DNA of 64,000 bases. Source: Candidatus Freyarchaeum deiterrae (GTDB taxonomy: Archaea; Asgardarchaeota; Jordiarchaeia; Jordiarchaeales; Jordiarchaeaceae). Shown one piece after another: positions 20,385-28,979 of this stretch (its first letter is position 1; every line of letters begins with the position of its first letter). The translations under genes and the position numbers were made by a program. The stretch lies in NCBI GenBank assembly GCA_037305845.1, contig CP147778.1, positions 3,456,001 to 3,520,000 on the forward strand, read 5' to 3'. The notes beneath the pieces were generated by a model. The model made no database searches. It was given only the letters and a program-made list of their open reading frames with translations, and was not told where the DNA came from.

Positions 20385-20996
20385 TCCAACGCTTCCCTTA
20401 AACTTTTCAAAATTCAAACTCCTTGCATAAATAGGAAAACCATGCAAACAAACTAAGCTCACTGAGTACAAATGCTGCGACAGATAAGAAATATGTTTTG
20501 GTACCACCAAAATGAGCTACTAGATATACTCGAAAAATGAGGCGTTTACTCGATTTTCAAAATGGGTCGAGGCTCGAAAACTTTCTCAGAAATCAAGAAA
20601 AATAATGTTAAAACAGAAGAATTGATTTTTTCTCGGTTTTAGGCTACCGCCGCAAATTCTTTCGTCCATAGCCGCAAAAAGCGAAGCATATAGTATCGAT
20701 ATCTTGATAGGGGAAGATGGAACAAGCCGCAATAACTAACAATTAGTTATATCGGTAACTGGTTGAGCTTCATTTTAGTATTGTATTTTCGACCATCATT
20801 TCACATCGGATGACAGTTGGTGGGTTATAATGTTTCTTGAAAAGTAATGTTAATTGGCCTAGAAGAGTTACAATAATTCTGGTGGAGGAAAAAACGAAAA
20901 ATAAATTGAGTTTGGAATACTTTTCCTATTACCAAAACGTTTATAATATTTATTTAACCCAAATCCCATCATAAACAGAAATAGAGGGTACAAGTA

Positions 20997-21815
20997 TTGG
21001 ATGGGCTTGGAGTTATATTCGCGACTGTGTTTTCTGTGCTTTATCCCTTAATCATCTGGCTTCTGATAAAGAAAGTGAGATTCGAACGGGAACCCTATCG
21101 CTACCTTTTGGCAGCGTTCATACTGGGAGCGGCAGTATTCTACTTAGCGTATCTTAGAAAGTTATATGTGTTGTTCTTCAGCGGTTTGGCTCTTTACTCT
21201 GTTGACCTTGTAGCCACGGGTTTCATTGAGGAAGCAGCAAAACTCCTGATCCTGGTCATCCCCTTCATAAGAAGAAGAATGGACGAGAGGAACGGAGCAT
21301 TCTACGGACTGGTGGTAGGACTGGGCTTCGGAGGAGGAGAAGCCATACTGTTGCTGGCTTCGGCGGCGGCGTCATATTCTTCAAATCAACTCGGTCTACT
21401 TCTTGATCTAACGGCTCTTAATAGTCTGGCAATGCAGCCTCTTACACAAATGCAGAGTCTGCTTGTGGGTATCTTTGTCCTTCCCCAACTAATCTCTGAA
21501 ACCAATGCGTTGTTATCACTAATTTTCGGATTCAATCTTTTGGGAATTTCCCCAATAGCGATTTATGAGAGAATATTCACGATACTTTTCCACGCCTCTA
21601 CGGCAACTCTCATAGGCTACGGTCTGGTCAGAGGTAAGACTCTCAAGTACTATATGGCAGCGGTGGCTCTGCACATATTTCTAGACTTCTTTGCGATTCT
21701 TTACCTACTCGGTTTTACAGAGCTCATTGTGACTGAAACTATAATCACGGCAATCTCGCTACCACTGTTTGTCTATGTATTGTACAAGAAAGTTTTAACA
21801 GTGAATGCCTCTTAA
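20997..21815 (+). CDS. PrsW/YhfC-family glutamic intramembrane protease, copy 2
   Basis: GFIEEAAK, GLGFGGGE, ERIFTILFHA, LHIFLD; long identical blocks with 15062-15946 (PYRYLLAAFILG, IGYGLVRGKTLKYY). Confidence 0.8.
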   Translation: MDGLGVIFATVFSVLYPLIIWLLIKKVRFEREPYRYLLAAFILGAAVFYLAYLRKLYVLFFSGLALYSVDLVATGFIEEAAKLLILVIPFIRRRMDERNGAFYGLVVGLGFGGGEAILLLASAAASYSSNQLGLLLDLTALNSLAMQPLTQMQSLLVGIFVLPQLISETNALLSLIFGFNLLGISPIAIYERIFTILFHASTATLIGYGLVRGKTLKYYMAAVALHIFLDFFAILYLLGFTELIVTETIITAISLPLFVYVLYKKVLTVNAS

Positions 21816-21960
21816 TCAAAAAAGTGAATGCGATTGGAATGACTTGATTTCTTCCATTCTTAATTTTTTTATTTCTTCTATTTTTAACCTGTTTTGTTTT
21901 TTGTGCTGCCGAGTTAGATTCTGGTAATACTAAACTGCCTCGGAACTGCCTCCAAGCCAT

Positions 21961-22069
21961 TTACGAAAAATCGAAAAAAGTAACCAAAAAAAGAAAACAA
22001 CTCAGCGAAAAAAAGGAAAAAGAAAGCATAAACCAGAAATTGAAAAAATAGGAAAAAACAATAACAAAA
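21961..22069. repeat. Inverted repeat B, right arm
   Basis: Reverse complement of 17954-18061. Confidence 0.9.
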
Positions 22070-22399
22070 GTGAGCGGATGTCCAAAAACTTGGCTGGTGT
22101 AAAAGGGTGTTTGAGGGAAATGCCTCGGGATGATCTCCACTGTGGGCAGGAATTGTTAAGGACCAGATTGGTTGTTTATCATCTAGAGGAAGGATTTCAT
22201 TAAAAGCAGTTAAAGAGTTAGTCTGTGTTCGGTTGATACAGTCAACTTAAGGTTTATTTGGAGGGAGCCTCCTATTTTTGGATTATGCTGTGTATTACTT
22301 TTGAGAGATGGATGACTCCTCCGGAGATTATTCAATTTTCCCTGAATTTATACTTTGGGTATACCCCCTCTTCAAGAGCAAGGTATAAATAAAAACAAA

Positions 22400-22618
22400 A
22401 TGAGCTTAACCAATGCTAATAAGAGCGTCGAGAAGGTTCCACACAAGCCTGAGAAGTTTCGATCAGACAAAAAAAACGATGATGAGAAGTTTTAAAACTA
22501 TAATAAATGGATTAACAAAGGTAATGCTCTTCGTCTGCGTGGTAAATTTGAGGAAGCCCTAAAATGCTATGATGAGGCCGCCAAAATAGACCCAAGTATT
22601 CCACGCCCATCCATATAG
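22400..22618 (+). pseudogene. TPR-gene remnant with an in-frame stop
   Basis: MSLTNAN...DDEKF*NYNKWINKGNALRLRGKFEEALKCYDEAAKIDP; TAA at 22493. Confidence 0.6.
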
Positions 22619-22948
22619 ACCGTTTCAAACCCCCACCCACACGCTCAAGCAGAATTTTTCAGTGTAGAAGTTAGGGGATATTCACCACCCCAGCTCTTAG
22701 TGGGTAAGACATCCTGTAATTTAACCTTTTCCAAACCCCCAAGGTGGTGAAGAATGGTTCGATTTCTCCTCTAAAATACGCGTTTATTGAGGCTTCTTTC
22801 CCGATTTAGAGCCTTAAAAAAAGAAGGCAAACCAAGTAAATCTGCATCGCCAGTTCACTGGAATTCCTCCAAATGGACCTTAAGTTGGCACTAATGTTAA
22901 GAAATTGCTCGGTCATTTCATCTCCTGTACTACTGACATTTAAATCAC

Positions 22949-23626
22949 CTAATAGCTTATTTCATAACGGTTTTTACCTATCTTTCTTCTCTTATACCTT
23001 CCTCTGTGAATATTACCATCATATTTTCTATAAATGTAGACTTTTTTAAATTCCTTCCACAATTTTTTTACTAGCTCCACATATAGCTCAATTATTATCT
23101 TCAATTCCGAGTCAGATGGAACATAAGCATGATGTACACACTTATTTCTATAACTTACGAGAGGTTCTAAATTTTTTTTCTCCAGTATTGTAAATTTTAA
23201 ATTTAATGATTCAATAGTTTCTAGATATTCTATAATTTTTTCTGACTTCTTTGTCAATGTAACTTTATTATACTTGATACTACCACCGCAGTGTGGACAT
23301 GAACTAACAATCTCATTTCTAGGTTTAAATTCACATACTTCACATAACCAGTCAATAATTAACTCAAAGGAACATAAGAAGATAACAGAAATCAACCAAT
23401 TGGGCTGAATAAATTTTAAAAATGTATTTGTATTTTGGTCACAATATTCCCATGATAATTTTTCAGGTACTTTATTATTAGACATAAACTTGTGAGCAAG
23501 TTCTCTATGAAACCAACTCTCAGAAATCTCTTTTGATATAATAGAGGCATCACTACCAAGAGATAATAGTAACTTTAATTCTTCACTAATATTCTTCAAT
23601 ATTTTCTTCATCTCCTTCTCTGACAT
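22949..23626 (-). CDS. AT-rich hypothetical protein with HEPN-like RxxxxH motif and CxxC zinc finger
   Basis: YRNKCVHH motif in a helical context after ...FELIIDWL; CEVC and CPHC. Confidence 0.6.
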   Translation of the reverse strand: MSEKEMKKILKNISEELKLLLSLGSDASIISKEISESWFHRELAHKFMSNNKVPEKLSWEYCDQNTNTFLKFIQPNWLISVIFLCSFELIIDWLCEVCEFKPRNEIVSSCPHCGGSIKYNKVTLTKKSEKIIEYLETIESLNLKFTILEKKNLEPLVSYRNKCVHHAYVPSDSELKIIIELYVELVKKLWKEFKKVYIYRKYDGNIHRGRYKRRKIGKNRYEISY

Positions 23627-24052
23627 AAATATCTCCTTCTTCTCATTCTACTCCACTTCTTTATCTCTCAAAGAGTTAATAGCCTCAAGCACTCCTTGAT
23701 CCCAACTCTGGGACTCCAACGTTTTCAAATCCCCACAATCTATAACATGGAACATCTCGTCGCGACGTAAGATTAGATTATTCTTCAGGTCTAATAACAA
23801 ACGGTACTGTACAAAGTCTACAACCCCCCAAGCAATTTATTAAACTCTTCCCAGATTTTACTATTTTCAGCTCAATTCACCCCCTCTACAAGAGTTTTAC
23901 ATGGGTTTTTAGCTCAAACATAGGGAGAATTTGACCTGATCCTCCCCCTTTTAGTAAATTTTATTTATTAAAAAAAGGATCCATATAGGGAAAAAATCCT
24001 CGTCATTTTAGGCTAGCCAAAAAATTCAATAACCTTATGTAACCGAAATATA

Positions 24053-24254
24053 TTTTAATTATATCTCTTTTGAATGTTTTTTATCTCTTCGCATAATGTG
24101 AGAAGGCTTGTTAATCGCAGATATAGGAAACTGGTCTGACAGAGTTATGTATCTTTCTCGTGACCAGTCTTCTCTTGGGCCGAGAAGTTTCAGGCATTTG
24201 ACTGGTTCCATTATTTTGTTGCGGAGCCTTTAGAGAACCGTGTGAAAAAAGGGA
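24053..24254. repeat. Inverted repeat A, right arm
   Basis: Reverse complement of 17721-17925; ends 10 bp before the ATG at 24265. Confidence 0.92.
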
Positions 24255-24264
24255 TGATGTTGTT

Positions 24265-25059
24265 ATGAGTTGGAAGGTTAAGGCACCCCTTCGGGTGGAT
24301 TTGAGTGGTGGTTGGACGGATGCCCCTCCATTCACAGAGCAGCATGTAGGATCGTTGGTGAACTTTGCTATAGATAAGTTTCAGGTTTATGATGGGAGTG
24401 AGATAAGGTGTAGCTGGTCGGGTATGGGGTTGGGAAGCAGTGGGGCCTTTAACGTTATTAAAGCGGTTACTGATGATGGGCTCAGCGATCGTGAAAAAAT
24501 TGTGGTGGGAGCATATCAGAGGGAGTTGCAGGAGAACATTTGTGGAATGCAGGATATGGCAGCGAGCACCTATGGAGGTTTGAATTACTGGGAGTTTTAT
24601 AAGGATAATTTTTATCGAACGCCGGTTCCCTTGACGGAGGAGTTGAGAAGGGGGCTTCAGGAGTGTGCGGTGCTTGTGAATACTGGAAAATCTCGTAGCC
24701 CTCGTCATGTTTTTGTTTACGCTAACTATCCTTATGTTGAGCCGATTCTGGTTAAGATGAGTGAGATTGCGACGAGAATGAGGGATGAACTCCTTTCGGG
24801 TAATATGACTCGTGTCCGGAGGCTGGTTAGGGATACGTGGTACTGGCAGAGCAGGATACCGACTGTTAGTACACCTGTGATTGCAAAACTGGTTAGTATG
24901 GCTGATGCGGGGAAGGTTTGTGGGGCGGGAGGTGGAGGCTGCGTCCTATTATTGTTTGAGAACGAAAAAAGGCTGAAAGCATTTACTGAAAAGAATTTGG
25001 ATATCACATCGTTCAAAATATGGGAGAAAGGAGTGGAAACACCAGGGGGAGAACTTTAA
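24265..25059 (+). CDS. GHMP-family sugar kinase, HddA (heptose-7-phosphate kinase)/fucokinase-like
   Basis: KAPLRVDLSGGWTD, GMGLGSSGA, GMQD, YGGLN, GKVCGAGGGG; compact (264 aa). Confidence 0.85.
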   Translation: MSWKVKAPLRVDLSGGWTDAPPFTEQHVGSLVNFAIDKFQVYDGSEIRCSWSGMGLGSSGAFNVIKAVTDDGLSDREKIVVGAYQRELQENICGMQDMAASTYGGLNYWEFYKDNFYRTPVPLTEELRRGLQECAVLVNTGKSRSPRHVFVYANYPYVEPILVKMSEIATRMRDELLSGNMTRVRRLVRDTWYWQSRIPTVSTPVIAKLVSMADAGKVCGAGGGGCVLLLFENEKRLKAFTEKNLDITSFKIWEKGVETPGGEL

Positions 25060-25229
25060 ACATCAAAATTTTAAAACAGAACATTCTATCAAGTCTCAAA
25101 CTAACAAGTAAACCAAGTAAATAAAACTAAAATTTAACAAGCAGGAGTGTTTTAGATTTGCTGGAGAGAAGGAAAAAAATTCATTGGGAAAAAACTTAAA
25201 TCAGAGCTTGAATTATAATCATTCAACTG

Positions 25230-25454
25230 GTGGTTTTTATGGGTGAAGTTATTGAGGTTATATTTGAGAATGGGGTTTTCAAGCCTCTCAAAAAGGTGAT
25301 GTTGAGGGAGGGTGAGTTTGTGAAGATTGAGATAAAGGAAACCAAGAAAATTACTAAAAATTTTTATAAAAAGTTTACAGAAATTGAGGAGAAAATTGAG
25401 AGAGTTGAAGGTGCTTACAAAGCGTTAGAGGAGTTAAGGAATGATCGTTGTTGA
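25230..25454 (+). CDS. AF2212/DUF104-family antitoxin
   Basis: [16 protein letters not shown] signature; overlaps the downstream PIN gene. Confidence 0.85.
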   Translation: MVFMGEVIEVIFENGVFKPLKKVMLREGEFVKIEIKETKKITKNFYKKFTEIEEKIERVEGAYKALEELRNDRC

Positions 25455-25887
25455 CACTTCCGTTTTTGTAAATTCTCTACTTGAAAAGAATGAGGATAGG
25501 ATCAGGAAATCTAAAGAATTCTTGAAGTCAATTGAGGGCTTGGCTATTTTTATTCCGAGGATTTTTCTTCTCGAGTTCATTTCTATTGCAAGAAGGCTTT
25601 CAATAAGCCTATCCAGAAAAGATGTTGAGGAGCTAGTTGCTGATTTTGAAATTCTCTCCGAAAATTTTATGTTTGATGAAGCTTTTAAAGTAGCTGAATT
25701 AGCTCATCCAAGGGCTGTTGATTCGTATTTTATCGCCGCTGCAAAGTTAACGAATTCTGTTCTCATTTCCTGCGATAGAATAATGGTTGAAAATGGAAGA
25801 AAATATGGAGTAAAGGCATACTACCTGCTTGAAGAATTGGACGATGCCATAAAGGCAGTCAGAAAGTTGAAGAGAGGAGAGCAATAG
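25441..25887 (+). CDS. vapC: PIN-domain toxin
   Basis: [29 protein letters not shown] acidic tetrad. Confidence 0.88.
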   Translation: MIVVDTSVFVNSLLEKNEDRIRKSKEFLKSIEGLAIFIPRIFLLEFISIARRLSISLSRKDVEELVADFEILSENFMFDEAFKVAELAHPRAVDSYFIAAAKLTNSVLISCDRIMVENGRKYGVKAYYLLEELDDAIKAVRKLKRGEQ

Positions 25888-26025
25888 CGTCAGAATCTTG
25901 ATAAGAAACTCTAATAGGTTAAGTGGTGAAACAAGAAGTATAAACTCTTTTACAACGTGAAATAAAAGGTATCTGGTACGACGCAAAATTATTTAGTAAA
26001 TTAATCTTAATCGTGGAGATTTTTT

Positions 26026-26475
26026 ATGAGTAAGGGCAAGAAGATGCCTGAAGACGAGCTTAGAAAGGAAGTTCGAAAATTCTTGGATGAGAGAAAAGAG
26101 CTGGTGCTGTGTACTTGTAGCAATAATATTCCCCGAGCTACCCCCATTGATTTTTACACCGAGAAGGAAGGATTTAACATCTATGTGGGTCTCGCTCCTG
26201 GGAGAAAAGTGAAAAATATTGAGGAGAACCCTGTTGTGAGTATTGGGATTTATGCGCCCATGGATACGGGTAAGATACAGGGTTTGCAGGTCACCGCCAC
26301 TGGAAGGGAGAGGCTTGTCTTTTTGAGGGAGGGGGACGAAGGGTATGGAGAGGCTCAGAAATTGTTTCGGGGAAGAAGAGACTTGATTTTGAAAATTATT
26401 CCGGAAAAAATAGAACTGCTGGATTACGATTTTAGCAAAAGAGGGTATTCTAGGATGCAGGTATTGGACCTTTAG
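26026..26475 (+). CDS. Pyridoxamine 5'-phosphate oxidase-like FMN-binding split-barrel protein
   Basis: VLCTCSNNIPRATP, RKVKNIEENPVVSI, GLQVTATG. Confidence 0.82.
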   Translation: MSKGKKMPEDELRKEVRKFLDERKELVLCTCSNNIPRATPIDFYTEKEGFNIYVGLAPGRKVKNIEENPVVSIGIYAPMDTGKIQGLQVTATGRERLVFLREGDEGYGEAQKLFRGRRDLILKIIPEKIELLDYDFSKRGYSRMQVLDL

Positions 26476-26630
26476 TCCTATTGTTATGAATAGGTTTAAA
26501 TTTTTGCAACCATTGATTACTTATGTATATGCTGCTCGAGTTGTTAGCATATTTGGAAGTATTTCAAAAATTTTATTTGTGAGTAAATGTACTTTGATGT
26601 TCATAAATTGATTATAATCGGGGTGATTAA

Positions 26631-27293
26631 ATGGGATATATTTCAGAGGCTGATAAGACTCGTCTACGTGGACTGTATGAGAGGCAATTTAAGGATGATG
26701 TTAAGATTCTTTTCTTCACGATGGAGTATGAATGCCCTATATGTTCAACTATTAGGGAGCTATTAGAGGAAGTTAGTGGTTTATCTAGCAAGATCAAGTT
26801 GGAAGTATACGATTTCGTGAAAGACAGTGAGAAGGCTAAACTGTACGGAATTGACAGGGTGCCAGCAATTGCCGTTGTTGGAAGAAAGGATTATGGCATA
26901 CGTATTTATGGTTTACCTTACGGTTACGAGTTTAAGCCTTTTACAGAGATGATACTTGATGTTTCTAGAGGGGTAACAGATCTATCCCCGGAAAACAGAA
27001 AGGTGATTGGGTCAATAGCTAAGGAAACACATATTCAGGTTTTCGTCCTGTTAACCTGTCCTTATTGTCCTATGGTAACCAGGTCGGCTTTCAAATTCGC
27101 GATTGAAAACCCTCATATAAAGGTAGATATGACGGATATTCAAATATTTCCAAATCTGGGAACAAAGTACCATGTTGAGGGTACACCCAAAACGGTCATC
27201 AATGAAAAAACGGACTTTTCCGGCGGTATTACTGAAGACCTCTTTGCGCAGCAGTTAGCCGCCATTCAAAGGACACCAACCTATTACGGTTAA
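26631..27293 (+). CDS. Archaeal protein disulfide oxidoreductase (two thioredoxin folds)
   Basis: CPIC and CPYC active sites, IDRVPAI, GLPYGYEF, GTPKTVIN. Confidence 0.92.
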   Translation: MGYISEADKTRLRGLYERQFKDDVKILFFTMEYECPICSTIRELLEEVSGLSSKIKLEVYDFVKDSEKAKLYGIDRVPAIAVVGRKDYGIRIYGLPYGYEFKPFTEMILDVSRGVTDLSPENRKVIGSIAKETHIQVFVLLTCPYCPMVTRSAFKFAIENPHIKVDMTDIQIFPNLGTKYHVEGTPKTVINEKTDFSGGITEDLFAQQLAAIQRTPTYYG

Positions 27294-27325
27294 ACAACCA
27301 GATATAGGAACTGCTGGCTACGCTT

Positions 27326-28147
27326 TTAATCACGGAAATACTTGATTTTTCTTTCTATTCGGAAAATGTAGAAGTATCTAGCAGGATTCTCGATTACGTA
27401 AGGTTCAAAGAAGTCAACACACTTCTGCATCTCTTCCCTTACTCCATCAGAATTCTCAAGATTCAAGTAGTCTAAGTCAATTTTTCTATGGACAGCGAAC
27501 CTTATTTTACCATCCTTCTGACGCGATGCAACAAAGGGGATAACCGTTGCTCCAGTTTCTTTGGCAAGCAGTATAATGCCTGGGGAGAAGAGAGCTTTTT
27601 TTCCCAAAAAATTAGCTTCGATAGGATGCTTACCCTGCATACCGTCAATAAAGATGAGTAGAATTTCATTTCTATTTAGGCACTGCTTCATTTCTTCAAA
27701 GGAGGAAACCGTGCTAAAATGATTCCCAAAAACATTCTTAGTAATACTAGCGATCCTTCCCCAAATAGAAACATTGATGGGATAGCCTCTACCTGCAAGG
27801 TAGAACGGTATCGGTACACTTTCCGAATGCATAGAAAAAAAGATAACACCATGCCCCAAGGCGAGTCCCTTATCCAGATTATCCAACCCTTTGGGGATAG
27901 ACATTCCCGCAAGTTTTTTCTCAGGCAGCCTACCACAAAATAAAAAGTCTACAGAAGTTTTATATTGACTAATAAGAAGGCCTCTCGCCAAGTGGCGAGC
28001 CGCATCATCACTGAGCCCTGGGAAAAAGTAGGTAACATTTCGCATATATTCCGCATAATCGCCTAGAAGAAATTTGAGTCGGGCGTAGAAATCCATGGCA
28101 AGGTAAACAAGCCTCAGGGGAAGCCAGCGAGCAGTAAAGTACAGCAC
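27326..28147 (-). CDS. Lysophospholipid acyltransferase, lipid A lauroyl acyltransferase (LpxL/HtrB)-like
   Basis: KGLDNLDKGLALGHGVIFFSMH, LLIFID, FLGKKA...GIILLAKETGATVIP, VIENPARYFY; may start at a CTG near 28180. Confidence 0.75.
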   Translation of the reverse strand: MLYFTARWLPLRLVYLAMDFYARLKFLLGDYAEYMRNVTYFFPGLSDDAARHLARGLLISQYKTSVDFLFCGRLPEKKLAGMSIPKGLDNLDKGLALGHGVIFFSMHSESVPIPFYLAGRGYPINVSIWGRIASITKNVFGNHFSTVSSFEEMKQCLNRNEILLIFIDGMQGKHPIEANFLGKKALFSPGIILLAKETGATVIPFVASRQKDGKIRFAVHRKIDLDYLNLENSDGVREEMQKCVDFFEPYVIENPARYFYIFRIERKIKYFRD

Positions 28148-28464
28148 TTCTCGAATAAGTAAAACGCTAATTCGACTCAGACAAACACCTTTTAAAGAAT
28201 TATACTCTTTAACAAGAAGACTAACAGAATTTATTTTTTTCGGAAAAAGAACCTAAAAAATTTCTGGCTGGCTCTATAGTTCAAGTAGGTAGTCAAGCTC
28301 CACATCTTCTCTTAACCTGTTAAACTTTTGATTAGAAAATGCTTGTCGTAGAACGCTGACCAGAATTAACTGTCAGTACATTAGTTAATCGAAAAAAATT
28401 ATTAAGGTGTTACAGATTATAATTTAATTTATAGCCAATTGAGTATTGTTGTGGAGAATACAAA

Positions 28465-28914
28465 ATGAAAAAGGCAATAGTAATCTATGACACGATATAT
28501 GGTAACACCGAAAAGGTAGCGAAAGAATTAGCGTCCGGAATGGAAGAACAAGGAGTTAAGGTTGATATTGCCAATGTGCAGAAAGTCGATATTAAAAAAT
28601 TAGAGGAATATGATTTGCTGGCTTTCGGTGGTCCAACGCATAAGCTGGGAATATCTGACTCGATGAAAGACTTCCTTGAGAAACTGAAAAATGTGGAGGT
28701 TAAGGGTAAGAAGGCCTTCGCCTTTGATACCCGAGTAAGGATTCGTGTGGCGGGAAGCGCGGCTAAAAAAATTGAAAAGGAGTTGAAGAAGCTCCGAATG
28801 AGTATTGTCAAATCCTATTCTTCAGCCATTGTTTTGGGACGTGAGGGGCCACTTGAAGAGGGTACGGAGGAGAGATTTAGAAAAATCGCTGGTGAGATTG
28901 CAAAATTGATATGA
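28465..28914 (+). CDS. Flavodoxin-domain protein
   Basis: IYDTIYGNTEKVA, FGGPTH, AFAFDTR. Confidence 0.9.
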   Translation: MKKAIVIYDTIYGNTEKVAKELASGMEEQGVKVDIANVQKVDIKKLEEYDLLAFGGPTHKLGISDSMKDFLEKLKNVEVKGKKAFAFDTRVRIRVAGSAAKKIEKELKKLRMSIVKSYSSAIVLGREGPLEEGTEERFRKIAGEIAKLI

Positions 28915-28979
28915 TTGAACTAGTCTATTGTAGGTTGCTGGAGAATAGTGTGTTTTCTCGTTTTCAGCATGTTTTTTGT

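Larger units (their letters stand above)
17721..24254. mobile_element. Putative tyrosine-recombinase-associated invertible or integrative segment bounded by nested inverted repeats
   Basis: Integrase inside inverted repeats A and B; orphan ORFs, a HEPN-like gene and a TPR remnant as cargo. Boundaries and mobility are inferred. Confidence 0.5.

Noticed and set aside
17500-25200. tRNA attachment site or direct att repeats for the integrase
   Set aside because: No tRNA-like sequence or flanking direct repeat was visible by eye; a short core could have been missed.
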